Positions 1-14,765 of a stretch of 64,000 nucleotides of DNA are shown here, piece after piece. The position numbers and the translations under genes were made by a program. The stretch's first letter is position 1. The number at the start of each line of letters is the position of its first letter. The notes beneath the pieces are model-generated. The model did not search any database and was not told where the DNA came from. It was given only the letters and a program-made list of their open reading frames with translations. The stretch comes from the human T2T-CHM13v2.0 reference genome, Homo sapiens, in assembly GCF_009914755.1 (NCBI RefSeq), contig NC_060947.1. One strand, given 5' to 3'.

Positions 1-3000
1 CCCAAGGCTCTCTGACTGACTCCTTCCCAGATCTTCTTGGCTCAGCGGCTGAAGACTGATGCTGCCCGATCGCCTCAGAAGCCCCGTAGACCATGATGGA
101 CACCGAGCTTTAGGTAACTCTCACAGTGGAAGATAAGTCCGTCCCCTTCTTAATCAATACGGGGCTACCCACTCCACGTTACCTTCTTTTCAAGGGCCTG
201 TTTCCCTTGCCTCCATAACTGTTGTGGGTATTGACGGCCAGGCTTCTAATCCTCTTAAAACTCCCCAACTCTAGTGCCAACTTAGACAATACTCTTTTAA
301 GCACTCCTTTTTAGTTATCCCCACCTGCCCAGTTCCCTTATTAGGCCGAGACACTTTAACTAAATGATCTGCTTCCCTGACTATTCCTGGACTATAGCTA
401 CATCTCATTGCTGCCCTTCTTCCCAATCCAAAGCCTCCTTTGTGTCCTCCTCTTGTATCCCCCCACCTTAACCCACAAGTATAGGATACCTCTACTCCCT
501 CCTTGGTGACCGATCATGCACCCCTTACCATCTCATTAAAACCTAATCACCCTTACCCCGCTCAATGCCAATATCCCATCCCACAGCACGCTTTAAAAGG
601 ATTAAAGCCTGTTATCACTCGCCTGCTACAGCATGGCCTTTTAAAGCCTATAAACTCTCCTTACAAGTCCCCCATTTTACCTGTCCTAGAACCAGACAAG
701 CCTTACAGGTTAGTTCAGGATCTGCGCCTTATCAACCAAATTGTTTTGCCTATCCACCCCGTGGTGCCGAACCCATATACTCTCCTATCCTCAATACCTC
801 CCTCCACAACCCATTATTCTGTTCTGGATCTCAAACATGCTTTCTTTACTATTCCTTTGCACCCTTCATCCCAGCCTGTCTTCGCTTTCACTTGGACTGA
901 CCCTGACACCCATCAGGCTCAGCAAATTACCTGGGCTGTACTGCCGCAAGTCTTCACAGACAGCCCCCATTACTTCAGTCAAGCCCAAATTTCTTCCTCA
1001 TCTGTTACCTATCTCAGCGTAATTCTCATAAAAACACACGTGCTCTCCCTGCTGATCATGTTCAGCTGATCTCTCAAACCCCGAGAACTACAAAACAACA
1101 ACTCCTTTCCTTCCTAGGCATGGTTGGATACTTTCGACTTTAGATAGCTGGTTTTGCCATCCTAACAAAACCATTATATAAACTCACAAAAAGAAACCTA
1201 GCTGACCCCATAGATCCTAAATCCTTTCCCCACTCCTCTTTCCATTCCTTGAAGACAGCTTTAGAGGCTGCCCCCACCCTAGCTCTCCCTGATTTATCCC
1301 AACCCTTTTCATTACACACAGCTGAAGTGCAGGGCTGTGCAGTCAGGATTCTTACATAAGGACCGGGATCATGTCCTGTAGCCTTTTTATCCAAACAACT
1401 TGACCTTACTGTTTTGCCTAGCCCTCAAGTCTGCGTGCAGCGGCCGCCGCTGCCCTAATACTTTTAGAGGCCCTTAAAATCACAAACTATGCTCAACTCA
1501 CTCTCTGCAGTTCTCATAACTTCCAAAATCTATTTTCTTCCTCACACCTGACACATACTTTCTGCTCCCCGGCTCCTTCAGCTGTACTCACTCTTTGTTA
1601 AGTCTCCCACAATTACCATCGTTCCTGGCCCGGACTTCAATCCAGCCTCCCACATTATTCCTGATACCACACCTGACCCCCATGACTCTATCTCTCTGAT
1701 CCACCTGACATTCACCCCATTTCCCCATATTTCCTTCTTCCCTGTTTCTCACCCTGATCACACTTGGTTTATTGATGGCAGTTCCACCAGGCCTAATCGC
1801 CACACACCAGCAAAGGCAGGCTATGCTATAGTACAAGCCACTAGCCCACCTCTTAGAACCTCTCATTTCCTTTCCATGGTGGAAATCTATCCTCAAGGAA
1901 ATAACTTCTCAGTGTTCCATCTGCTATTCTACTACTCCTCAGGGATTATTCAGGCCCCCTTCCTTCCCTACACATCAAGCTCGGAGATTTGCCCCCATCC
2001 AGGACTGGCAGATTGGCTTTACTCAACATGCCCCGAGTCAGATAACTAAAATACCTCTTAGTCTAAGTAGACATTTTCACTGGATAGGTAGAGGCCTTTC
2101 CTACAGGGTCTGAGGAGGCCACCACAGTCATTTCTTCCCTTCTGTCAGACATAATTCCTCTGTTCAGCCTTCCCACCTCTATCCAGTCTGATAACAGACC
2201 AGCCTTTATTAGTCAAATCAGCCAAGCAGTTTTTCAGGCTCTTGGTATTCAGTGAAACGTTTATATCCCTTACAGTCCTCAGTTTTCAGGAAAAGTAGAA
2301 CAGACTAATGGTCTTTTAAAAACACACCTCACCAAGCTCAGCCACCAACTTAAAAAGGAATGGACGATACTTTTACCACTTTCCCTTCTCAGAATTCAGG
2401 CCTGACCTCAGAATGCTAGAAGGTACAGCCCATTTGAGCTCCCGTATAGACGCTCCTTTTTATTAGGCCCCAGTCTCATCCCAGACACCAGACCAACTTA
2501 GACTGTGCCCCCAAAATCTTGTCATCTCTACTATTTTCTGTCTAGTCATACTCCTATTCACCAGTTTCAACTACTCATAAATGCCCTGCTTTTGTTTACA
2601 CTGCCAGTTTACACTGTTTCTCCAATCTATCACAGCTGATATCTCCTGGTGCTATCCCCAAACCGCCACTCTTAAAGTGAATAAATAATCTTTGCTGGCA
2701 AGGCTATGCTGAACCTCCTTAGGCACTCTCTAATTAGATGTCCTAGGTCCTCCCAATTCTTAGTCCTTTAATACCTGTTTTTCTCCTTCTCTTGTTCTGT
2801 TTAGTTTTTCAATTCATACAAAACTGTATCCAGGCCATCACCAATAATTCTACACAACAAATGTTTCTTCTAACAACCCCACAATATCACCCCTTACCAC
2901 AAAATCTTCCTTCAGCTTAATCTCTCCCACTCTAGGTTCCCACGCCTCCCCTAATCCCGCTCGAAGCAGCCCTGAGAAACATCACCCATTATCTCTCCAT

Positions 3001-3080
3001 ACCACCCCCAAAATTTTCACTGTCCCAACACTTTACCACTATTTCTTTTTATTTTTCTCATTAATATAAGAAGACAGGAA
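1..3080 (+). mobile_element. HERV-H internal region (end of gag, pro, pol, env remnant); 5' part lies outside the window
   Basis: Protease-like VTLTVE..SVPFLINT (113-161), RT fragment, RNase H TWFIDGSS (~1763-1786), integrase-like SIQSDNRPAF and SGKVEQTNGLLK (~2180-2320), env TM remnant ~2620-3060, polypurine tract AAGAAGACAGGAA 3068-3080. Many stops and frameshifts. Confidence 0.95.
503..1069 (+). pseudogene. HERV-H pol reverse transcriptase fragment, non-functional
   Basis: ORF has YRLVQDLR, LDLKHAFF (normally LDLKDAFF) and LPQVF (normally LPQGF), but the YxDD region is missing after SPHYFSQA, as in the common deleted HERV-H form. Confidence 0.9.
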
Positions 3081-3492
3081 TGTCAGGCCTCTGAGCCCAA
3101 GCTAAGCCATCATATCCCCTGTGACCTGCACATACACATCCAGATGGCTGGTTCCTGCCTTAACTGATGACATTCCACCACAAAAGAAGTGAAAATGGCC
3201 TGTTCCTGCCTTAACTGATGACATTATCTTGTGAAATTCCTTCTCCTGGCTCATCCTGGATCAAAAGCTCCCCTACTGAGCACCTTGTGACCCCCACTCC
3301 TGCCTGCCAGATAACAACCCCTTTGACTGTAATTTTCCTTTATCTACCCAAATCCTGTAAAACAGCCCCACCCCTATCTCCCTTCACTGACTCTCTTTTC
3401 GGACTCAGCCCACCTGCACCCAGGTGAAATAAACAGCCTTGTTGCTCACACAAAGCCTGTTTGGTGGTCTCTTCACACGGACGTGCATGAAA
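3081..3492 (+). mobile_element. HERV-H 3' LTR (LTR7, short 412-bp type)
   Basis: Starts TGTCAGGCCTCTGAGCCCAAG and ends GCATGAAA. 24-bp U3 repeat GTTCCTGCCTTAACTGATGACATT at 3151-3174 and 3202-3225; AATAAA 3428-3433. Confidence 0.95.
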
Positions 3493-3699
3493 CCCATCTG
3501 TCAGTGTTTTCAAAGATTCTTTTACTATAGCTTTGATAGGGATTGGATAAGGAGTGAAATTATGAGTGGACTGAATTTTTCATTTTTACTCGTGAGCCTA
3601 TTGCAGTATTGAATATATACTTATGCGTAGTAATGTGGAAAGACTTCTATGAAAAAAATTCTAATTGACCAAAGCAAGCAGCGGAACAATATGGGAAGT

Positions 3700-3905
3700 G
3701 TGTGGTCCACCACTCACTAACTGAGTAAGCTTTTACAAGTTGCTCAACCTTTCAAACCAACTTCATCGTTCATGAAATGGTGATTAAAATAAGACCTCCT
3801 TCATAGGTGGTGAGCATAAGGTGGAAAAAATCACCATGTAATAGTTGCTTAGTAAGTGTCTGCCATGTAGTAAAAACCCTCTAAATATTGTTAGCTATTC
3901 TTATT
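3700..3905 (+). mobile_element. MIR SINE remnant
   Basis: MIR core-like CAAGTTGCTCAACCT...ATGAAATGG and 3' end AAATATTGTTAGCTATT; approximate ends. Confidence 0.6.
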
Positions 3906-4037
3906 ACTATAGTATACCTTTTATTGTTCCATTTGTATTTCTTAAAACCCTTATGCTTACTTTTTTATGTCATGACTGGTAATTTCAGTCCCCAAATTCA
4001 GGACTGAATAATTTTCTTTGTTCAATAATTGATATTA

Positions 4038-4330
4038 GGCCGGGCGTGGTGGCTCACACCTGTAATCCCAGCACTTTGAGGGGCTAAGTCGGGCAGATCA
4101 CCTGAGATCAGGAGTTGAAGACCAGCTTGGCCAACATGGCGAAACCTTGTCTCTACTAAAAATACAAAAATTAGCCAGGCGTGGTTTCAGGTGCTTTTAA
4201 TCCCAGCTACTTGGGAGGCTGAGGCAGGGAGAATCTCTTGAACCCTGGAGGCGGAGATTGCAGCGAGCCGAGATGGTGCCATTGCACTCCAGCCTGGGTG
4301 ACGGAGCGAGGCTCCTTAAACAAATAAATA
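4038..4330 (+). mobile_element. Alu (AluSx-like)
   Basis: GGCCGGGCGTGGTGGCTCAC start, dimeric; TSD AATAATTGATATTA at 4024-4037 and 4331-4344. Confidence 0.95.
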
Positions 4331-5287
4331 AATAATTGATATTATTTCAGTGGTGAGCCTCCATATCAAGTTGCATAGAGCATCATTGTAATATATGATA
4401 TCCACCTCACTACACACTTTCCTGTGCTTGTTGATATGTTCCAGGCCACTTAGGTCTGTTTATCCTGCCTCATGTTTGAATACAATGTCTCTTTGCATCT
4501 GCTTACTCTCTGTACAATGTCTCTGCCACTTTCATAAACATGGGAAACATTCTGAGAACCTATACTACTTTAGGGTCTGGGACAATTAGCTTCCGTATCA
4601 AACTCAGAAACGTGCCTATTCCATCATAATGACACCACAAAATGGTGTGGAAAGTCCTGTGAGACTGTCTCAAACATATTGGATCGACAAAAAATGGACA
4701 CAGCTTTTATGTTCTTGCAGGCCTTCTAGCTCTCAGCTCTCCAAACCTACAGGGGTTTCTATGCACTACTCTACCTGAGTCAGGGCTTTGTGTCAGAGAA
4801 GGGGCAGGAGCAGGGAGCTCAGAACCTCTTCTCAGGACTCAACAGCCTGTAAGCTCTCATTACCTTCCCTCTGGATCTGCTCTTCCCTCAGCCCAAAGAG
4901 TCTCATCTAGACTTGAGTCAAAGCTTTTCTCTGAGTTATCATCTTCTCTATTTCATTCTAGAATTAGGCTTCCAAAATGCAAAGGACAAAACTGATTCTT
5001 CTTCTTAAAGAATCTTACCATTTAGAAGATAATATATCTAGCAGAATTGAAGGAAGGGTGGGACGAACTAGAGATACCAATAACAAAAAAGATCTGCTAA
5101 TATATCTAGTTATAATATATTTATATTTAAACCTGCTTTAAATGCGTATGTTTGTAAAGCCTAGAAAAGCCTTATGAAGTATTATTCCAAATCACGTAAC
5201 AAGGTTACCTCCAGAAAAAAAGGCTATTGCTGAACAGAGGCTTTCATTTTTACTTTTATTCCCCAGAATTTTTTGAATGCTTTAGAA

Positions 5288-5445
5288 CATTGATTCTCAA
5301 ACCGTATGAATCAAAATCACTTCAAGATCTTGTTAAAATTATGACTGCTGGACTCCAACCAGTAATTTGCATTTCTCTCTAATTCTCAGGTGATGCTGAC
5401 ACTGCTGTATTGCCAGAAGTAATACAGATTTGCTCTAAAGCAGTG
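5288..5445. mobile_element. MER5-like hAT-Charlie MITE remnant
   Basis: TGATTCTCAAAC...CTTGTTAAAA...TTGCATTTCT...CAGGTGATGCTGA pattern. Confidence 0.55.
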
Positions 5446-5729
5446 GCAAATATTAAAATGTTTTTAAAAAGTCTATGATTCTTTGAGTTCTCACTGACTC
5501 TACGCTGAAGAACTCCCCATTCCCTAATGCAACAATTTTTCATATGATGCCAAGAGAATGGTCATGTGCCATGCCTCTGCCCTCTTCTATACCAGCCCAT
5601 GTATAAGCTAAAACGAACTTTCCCCATCAAAGAAGGGCCTTCTTGTAACAAACTAAAATTCATTCTGCTGAAATTATTATTTTTCATTATTCTTTGAAAT
5701 TTTCTTCCCTAAGTATTTTTCTTTTTTTC

Positions 5730-6490
<761 letters not shown>

Positions 6491-7636
6491 TCTTTTCAAA
6501 AGAGAAACAAAAAAAATATAGTGAGGCAGCAAAAAAATATTAAAACTTAAAAAAAAAAGCTAAACAGATAGTTTTATTGGATTCCCTAGTCAATTCCATC
6601 AATATGATTCATTTGTTCTGGATATAAAATGATCATTTCCATTTGCTGTAGACATTAAATGATCATTTATCAGCTTCCTTTTATTATCTTTTTGGGGGGA
6701 AGGGAGACCTGATTCCCGTCATAACTAGTATAACTGCAGAATGCCTTCTTAGAATTCTTCAGTACCTTTTGCAAGCAGCATTACTTTCATGCCTCAGAGT
6801 CTAGTTTCTTAAATTTGTCCTATAAAGTAATGTGTGTGGTTTCAGTTTTTTTGAAAAGATCTCCTTAGAGACCTGGCCTGGTTTCTACCTTTTACGGTTT
6901 TCTCATTTGCCTTTCATATCTCTGTGCAGTGCTAGGTTTGGCTACAACTCTTACACTTCCTGATGTTTCTATATTCTGGCAGATGGAATCTTATTTTTGG
7001 GAATTGCTTCTGTGGATTAATACTTTTACTTGATATTCTCCCCTGGTTCAGTGAATCTAACCAGTAAACTGACTCTTCTCACACCATTTATTTGCTTACA
7101 TAGCCAATTGAGTTTTCCAAATATATGGATTATATTCATACCAATTTCTTTTTAAGTTTTTCTTCTAGCATGACTGGGACTTTCTGTCACAGGTATTTTC
7201 TTTCTACATTAGCTTTCATTTCTGTTTTGTCTATTCTACTTTTGGGTATGTATGTTGCAAATACCTCAAGTCTATCTTTGCCTACTAGCTTGTTTTGCAG
7301 AAAAAGTGAATAGCAGCACTGAAATGATGTAGTCCTAATGCGAATGTGTTTTAATTAAAACTTCATGTGTAGGCTGATGAGAATGTCTAATTTAGCTGGC
7401 TCTAAAAACTCCATTATTTTAATTGTGACCGTAGAGTGGCATGTTGTTTAAAGCTGCTGCAGGTATACTCTTTGGAGGCTAATAATAAAGAACCGGGAGA
7501 AATTATTATTTTAGTATATGTGCTGCCGAAGTGAGCGTGAGAAATTATTATTTTAAAGTGAGATTTGGCATTAGCATATTTTAGCCCTTTCAAAACTGTT
7601 TTTCAAACCCAGCATTTCTACTTGTAGATACAAGTT

Positions 7637-7970
7637 TGTCTCAGTCCATTTGGGCTGCTACAATAAAGCACCATAAAATGGGTAGCTTATATAAAATCAC
7701 AGAACTTTATTTCTCACAGGTCTGGAGGCTGTGAATTTCAAGATCAAGGAGACAGCAGATTTGGTGTCTGCTGAGGGCCCATGTTCTGGTTCATAGATGG
7801 CACCTTCTTGCTGTGACATCACATGGTGGAAGGGGCAAGTGATCTTTCTCAGGCCTGTTATATAATGGAAGTAATCACCTCTCAAATGCCCCACCTCCCA
7901 AACCATCACCTTGAGAGTTAGGTTGTCAACATATGAATTTTAGGGGGATACAAACATTCAGACCGTAGCA
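7637..7970 (-). mobile_element. MLT1A-type MaLR solo LTR
   Basis: TG...CA ends; the reverse complement begins TGCTACGGTCTGAATGTTTGTATCCCC, like MLT1A0. Confidence 0.8.
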
Positions 7971-8495
7971 ATACACAACAGAAACATAAATATATATTCA
8001 CCAAAACACATGTATTAGAAACTTTATAGAAGCAATATTAGTAGCAATTCAAAGCTAAAACATCCAATTGCCTATCAACAGCAGAATGGGTAACTTGTAA
8101 TGTTGTCATATAAGGGAATATTACACAGCAATTAAAATGAACAATCAAAAAATACACGTGTTAGCATGGATAAATCTCATAAACAATTTTGAGTAAAAGA
8201 AATCGATCACAAAGAAAACCAGCCACAAAAGTACATATTCTATGGTTTCATTTAAAGTTAAAAAACAGGCAAAACTAATCCATTGTTAGGGGTCACCCTT
8301 CAGTGGTCATTACCCTCGGGGGGTGGTTAGTGACTGGAAGAAAGCACAAGGAAGTCTTCTGGGAGCTGTTTGTTGACCTGGAAACTCTTTACAGGATTAT
8401 GCTCAGTTTTATAAGTTGATTGAACTACATAATTATGATACTTGCACTTTCTCGTGTGTATATTATACAGCAATATAAAGTTAAAACGAGAAAAG
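7971..8495 (+). mobile_element. L1M (L1ME-like) 3' region, split by the MLT1A
   Basis: CCTATCAACAGCAGAATGG, GCATGGATAAATCTCA, CAGGCAAAACTAATC motifs; a left stub lies at ~7600-7636. Confidence 0.7.
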
Positions 8496-8569
8496 AAATT
8501 TTGTTTTGCACTATTCTCTTAATCCTCTCTTCTTAACTTATTTCCTCCCCAAACCCTGTGTTTCTCTTT

Positions 8570-9065
8570 TCTGGGGAGGTGATTTATGTTTCTCTCACAT
8601 TTCTGTACATCTTCCAAATGAAATGAAATGCACAATAAAAGGCATTGACACCTTTTATTCTGTGCTCTCATTTCAAAGATGTTTGTATAGCAAACAGTCT
8701 TGGACAATAGAGATGGTGTCTCCTTCTGGGAAATAAGGAATATCTATTTGCTATTAAGAGTAATAAAGATAATGTCTCCCTCCAGAACGAAGGTTGAGCA
8801 AGTTTGCTAGCAACCCTCTTTAAAAGCCTGAGATTTGCTAAGCACAAAGTTCTTTGATTATGACACAAAGCCACTGCATGTGTAGTATTCATCTGGACTC
8901 AGTACAAACAAGATGCTCATGCTGCGTGCTGTGCTGTGAGTAATAAAGTCCTTTGTCTCTGATTCAGGAGTCTCACTTCTTCTTCAAATGTCCACGAAAC
9001 TGTGGCAAACTACATTGGTAGCTTGCAAATATGGTACAATTTCAGAGTCTTCATAGTGGTTGACC
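8570..9065 (+). mobile_element. LTR40-like ERVL solo LTR
   Basis: GATGTTTGTATAGCAAACAG, AATAAAGATAATGTCTCCCTCC and AATAAAGTCCTTTGTCTCTGA match the recalled LTR40a consensus. Confidence 0.65.
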
Positions 9066-9189
9066 TTCTTCTAGCCTAGCAACCCAGGTTGGCTTCAGTT
9101 GCTATAACTTTTTAGTCTCACTATGTTATATTGGCCTGACTATTACAGTAATTCAATATTTTATAATAATAACCATACCGGGAAACAGA

Positions 9190-9430
9190 GCAATAGTTAA
9201 TATTTGTTGAGCATATACTATGTGTGAGACATCACACTAAAAGATATGCATACATGTATTGTTACTTTAAAAACTTTCAACAGTCCATACTATAGGTATT
9301 TTTTTCTCCAGTTTATAGTTGAGGAAACAGGTTCAGAGGTAAAGTAACTTACCATGTATCACACAGCTAGCAAATGGCTGACTTGAGATTTAAGCCAAGT
9401 TGCTCTAATTTCAGAGCCCATACTTTCAAG
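9190..9430 (-). mobile_element. MIR SINE
   Basis: GAGGAAACAGGTTCAGAGGTAAAGTAACTT...CACACAGCTAG core. Confidence 0.75.
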
Positions 9431-10759
9431 TCTGTAGTCTCATATCTGAGCCAACTTCATATAACAGGAGGGGGAAAACCACATCTCATTTACCTAGCGT
9501 AGTAGAACTGGTTAAAGTTCAAACAGACAAGTTCAAAAGAAACCATTTGCTGAAGCCATTTGTGGAAGCATCGCAGCTTCGTTGTTAAGAAACTACCACT
9601 CATACCAGCATGTAGGTGTTTGTTCTTTCACAGAGCATTGGTTCTGAAAAATATTGCGATGTGGAAATAGTCATCTCTAATAGCTTCTTCTCATTATACC
9701 CTGGAGTCTCCTAATCGAAGGGATGGTATGGTCCACCAGTCTGACATTTACATTGTAAGTTCTTTCTATTTTAGGGTACACCTAGGAACAGATTAGACTA
9801 AACAGGCAATAAGGTGCAACTAGAGAATCTCCACACAGAGCAAGATGTTAATATTTAGCTTTCTTCCTTTTTTGTACTATCATATTTTACTATTATCAGG
9901 ATTTAAATAACATATTTTTCTTCGAAAAGAAAAAAGTCAAATGTTCTAAGTATAGTTATTCTGTGTCTCAGTTTAGTTTCTTTTGAACCAGAAACCTAAA
10001 AAAAGGGGGGGTGGAAATTTGTCTGTTTGGTTGGCTGCTATATGTCCACCACTAGTTGATGTTAGGTATATTGCATAATATTTTATTTGGAAATTTATTA
10101 AGTTAAATATTTCTCTCTGTGAAAAAGAATTAACCAAAGAAAACAGTTAAGTTTTCAGTGGCTGGGAAAGGTTTTGTGAAAAGGATTACAAACACCTCAG
10201 CTGAGAACAGCTAAGACAAAAATCTACTACAGGTCTATTTTTTGTGTGTAAGATGTATGTTCTAGTATGTACATGGCTGAATATACTGAAGGTCTCTGAA
10301 ATCACAGACAAAAAATATACATACTTATTGAAGGTAAGGAACACATGCTGAGGGGCAAAAGCTACTTTTCCACATAAAATAGAATGCAAAATAAGGGAGA
10401 GCCAGGTGATAGATCAAGCCTCCTCCCCACCTGCTCCCTAGGCCCTGCTGCTTGCCAGATTCAGTTAGTTCAGAGAAGCAAGGGAGTGGAGGCTACCTGG
10501 AGAATCATGAAAACATGAAAATCATGAATCAGGATGCAGCCTAGCTTTATGGCAACTGAGGGTGACTGCACAGTGAACACCAGCTAAACTAGAATGCTAT
10601 CTGTTCCCTCCCCACTTACAGGAACCTCTTATAATTAACTGGGCAGGAAAACTGAACCCATAAGACAATAAAATTACAAAACAGTAAGTACCACATCCAT
10701 CCAGACAAAGACAATGTAAGAAAAACAAGAAAAAGAGCAGTATAATTCATTTAATTCTA

Positions 10760-11612
10760 TTTTAAATCTTTTTAGTTATCAAATATAACATACATACTGA
10801 AAAATGCACAAAATAAATGCACCACTCAATTATTTACCATAAAACAAACATCCACATAACAACCACCCCGTCCAAGAAATGGAATATGATTGGACCCCAG
10901 GAATCACCATTATCTTCTCTCTCTCTGTCTATCCTTCTTTCCCTCAAAGGTAACCATTATCTTGACTTGTATGGTAATTATGTCCTTACACTTCATTATA
11001 ATGTTTCAATCTACTCATGAATTCTTAAACACTATAGCATAGTTGTGGAGATTTTTTTTCAATTTTATGTAAATAGAATCATATATATATATATTCTTTT
11101 GTGTTTAACATTATGCCTATGAGATTTATCCATGTTGGGGTGTGGACCTGTGGTTTATTTATTTTCAAGGAATTGAATTTTTGGGTCATAGGGAATGTGC
11201 ATCTTTTAATTTACTAGATAATGCCAAACTATTTTCCACAGTGCTGGTGGTCAACTAACCCCTAGCAGAATATGAGAATGCCTGTTTCTGCAAACATGCA
11301 ACTTCACTTGGTATAATCAGTCTTATTTTAGCCATTCTGGTGTGTGGCTGGTGGTATCATATTGCATTTCAATTTTATTCTCCTGATGATTAGTGAGGCT
11401 GAAGGTCTTTCACATGTTTATTGCCCATTATGTAACCTTGTTTTGTGAAATAGCCATTCAATTCTCTTACTTATTTTTCTATTGGGTTGTCACTCTTTTT
11501 CTTAGGCGTTTGTAGTGGTTTTCAAAATATATTCAGAATAAGACCCTTTGTCAGTTATATGTATTAGAAATATACTATTCTACTACTATATGCTTGCCTT
11601 TTCACCCTCTTA
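10760..11612 (-). mobile_element. L1ME-like 3' fragment
   Basis: TGAGATTTATCCATGTTG, CCAAACTATTTTCCA, TTTTCTATTGGGTTG motifs. Confidence 0.7.
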
Positions 11613-11614
11613 AT

Positions 11615-12071
11615 GCTCTGGAGGAAGCTAGCCACCATGAAGGAAGTTTGAGTGTCCTAAGGCTTCCATGTTGTTAGGGAGTCCAAACTGGCCACATAGA
11701 GAGGCTACATGGAGAGATGCTTGGCCAGCCTCAGTGTTCCAGCCATCCCGGTGCAGACACCAGACATGTGAATGAAGAAGTCATCTTGGACATTCTGTTT
11801 CCAGCAGATGTGATGTGGAGAAGAAAAAGAAACACAGCCAGCAGCCAGAGCTGAGACCTAACATATAAGACCTCAATTGAGCCATCCCAGGCATCTCTAG
11901 CCATTCGAACCACCCAGCTAAGACTCCAGTCATTGCAAAACAAAAATGATCTATCCCTTGGTGGGGCTTGCCCAAACTCCTGACTCAAGATATTGAGCAT
12001 AATAAAAATGTTTGTTGTCTGATGCAACTAAGTTGTGAGTGGATTGTTCTGAAGTGATAGATAACTGGAAC
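11615..12071 (+). mobile_element. MLT1G/H-type MaLR LTR
   Basis: CCAGACATGTGAATGAAG, AATAAAAATGTTTGTTG and end GATAACTGGAACA. Confidence 0.7.
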
Positions 12072-12736
12072 AGAGGATTCCATGGCGAGTGTGGGATTTT
12101 GAAAAACTGAAGTAAATGCAGGAAAAGAGGGGTTCTGGGAGAGAAAAACAAATTAGTCAAGTTGGCGAATGCAGAGTACACTTGGAGTCTTAGAGTATCA
12201 GTGAAGTGACCATACCAACAAGGTGGAAACATTATTTTAAGATAAATGTGGCAAGATGTTTTTCATCTTTCACTGGTTAGAGAAAATAAAGAGAGACTTT
12301 GCATAACAACAAATTAAAAAGAAGCTATGATAGTTGCCCATCATGTGGAGAAAAATGTTTCATATCTGAAGAATCGGAAGATACAGCTCCTTGGATGAAT
12401 CTGTGCCACTTTTAGAAAGAAAAAGAGAGAATGGAGAAAAAAATGACCTCCTGAATGTTTATCTGAGGTATGCTTGGTATGTACTAAATGAGTGACTCCA
12501 GGGGAAAAGACTTTTGTTTGTTTGTTTTTTGTTATTAATCTCCTAGTAGATTCTGAACTCAGTGTGTATTCATTATCACAGCTGATAGTGACACTCACAC
12601 TCTGGAAATGAACTTTCCCTACAAGCTGTGTAATATTTACCAAATCTAGGCATAGAAATATATTAGCTAGAAAGAAACCAAATCATGAAAAACCTTGAAA
12701 TCATGGAACAGGTGTTTAGAAGTAATTTTAGAAATA

Positions 12737-13096
<360 letters not shown>

Positions 13097-14583
13097 TTAG
13101 TTAAAGGGGTAATATATACTGCAAACATGATTCCTGTAAAACTTTGGGAAGAGAAGGAAGGACAAAGAGACAGATGAACTTGTTGAGTATAGAACTGGGT
13201 AGAAAAATGCACTGATGAATCTGGCACCAGAACAAGACCAAGAATTAACATAAAGAGGCAATGACAATGAGACAGAGTTGCCATTTCACTGTGTCTCATC
13301 CCTTTCATCTATCCACCATGAAAATTGCTTTTGAAGCCATGAGTGGAATAAGGTGGTTATTTGAAAGAAAGTGTATGATAACTGCGTGTCCTCACTGTGA
13401 ATAATAGCTTGTGGAACACAAACTGATAGAAATAGACGCATATTGAGTTTTGTCATCAACATCTTGTATGATAGCTTATCTCATAATGCTGGCGTTTTGA
13501 ACCATAGTAAATAAAAACTTTCTGAACCAGGAAGAATATATTTTTATCCTTAGTGATACATAACTTTAGGTATCTTTAAAGGAAAGGAGAACATCCTGGA
13601 GTTCAATAATAAAATGTTTATTATAGTACTGAAAGTGAAAATGCCTCAGCCGTAGTTTTAAAAAATGTATGATGAGAATACACGGCCCTTCAATGCAGTG
13701 ATGATAAATAAATAAATAAAGCCCAGAGGCAGAAAAGCCCAACCAGATTCTGCAGTCAAGATATGACCAAAAAAAGATTCATAAAATAGAAGGTTAACAG
13801 TGAGACTCATATTCCAGTATATATTTCCTCCTCTGAAATCTTCAGTCCATTTCTGAAACCAAATTAGAGTATTAGACACTTCAGTACAGAAAAAAGAAAC
13901 ATATATTTCAGTTTTTGTTTTGTTAATTCTCTATTGTGGTTAATAGTAGATTTCGTGTGTGCTAGATTTTGAGCTATTACTCTAGCTGATTGGGGGCATC
14001 AGGAAATCTGGAGTTTCTGAAATCTGTTTGTTGTTTTTCTTTTAATGTGAAAATATTATCATCTGTGGAAATGCACAGTATTACTGATGTCAATACTAAT
14101 TTGAGATAACATATAGAAAGCTTTTTGGAAACACTGATTTATGATGTAAGACATTAAAATAATATCATTGTTGATCATGATAACAGCATTGCCAGTTACA
14201 CATCGACTTGCTTGCATTTTAAACATCGTGTATTCCTAGATGTTAAGTAGAAAAAAAAATTGTCATTTTTCTTTTTTTCTATTGGAAAAAGGAGCACTGA
14301 GATTTTCCCTGGCCATGGTATTTTAACATAGACTATTTTCTTCATAATAGTCTGTCAGCCCGTATTTATTAGATCCACTGTGTAGAATTCATTTCTTGCT
14401 GTTTTGGAGAATTGTAAAAAGTAGTAGTGAAATATCTGCACAGGAGGAATTTATTTTCTAATGGGAAAGACAGAACAATTTCATGTACCCAATATGTGTA
14501 TGAAAGCATATGTGTGTGCTAAATCATAAACATAACTCTATGTATGTTTTTCACCCACACATCCACTTTTTAAATTATTTAAT

Positions 14584-14765
14584 AGGGGAGGTGGCAAACT
14601 ATGGCTTGAGGGCCAAATCCAGTCAGTGGCTAAGTCCTTGAGCTAAGGATGTTTTTTACATTTTTAAAGAGGTGCAAAAAATATAAAAACCAACAAGAAT
14701 ATACATCAGAGAGAGTATGTGGCCCACAAATCCTAAAATATTTACTATCTGGCCCTTGATGTAGA
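14584..14765 (+). mobile_element. MER58 (MER58C-like) hAT-Charlie MITE
   Basis: GGCAAACTATGGC...GGGCCAAATCC and CCTAAAATATTTACTATCTGGCCC. Confidence 0.75.

Noticed and set aside
503-1069. 188-aa RT ORF as a functional gene
   Set aside because: No ATG start, YxDD region deleted, and a conserved Asp substituted.
13600-13852. Possible minus-strand terminal exon (TTTCAG acceptor, AATAAA near 13620)
   Set aside because: No recognisable motif or linked donor; such signals are frequent by chance in AT-rich DNA.
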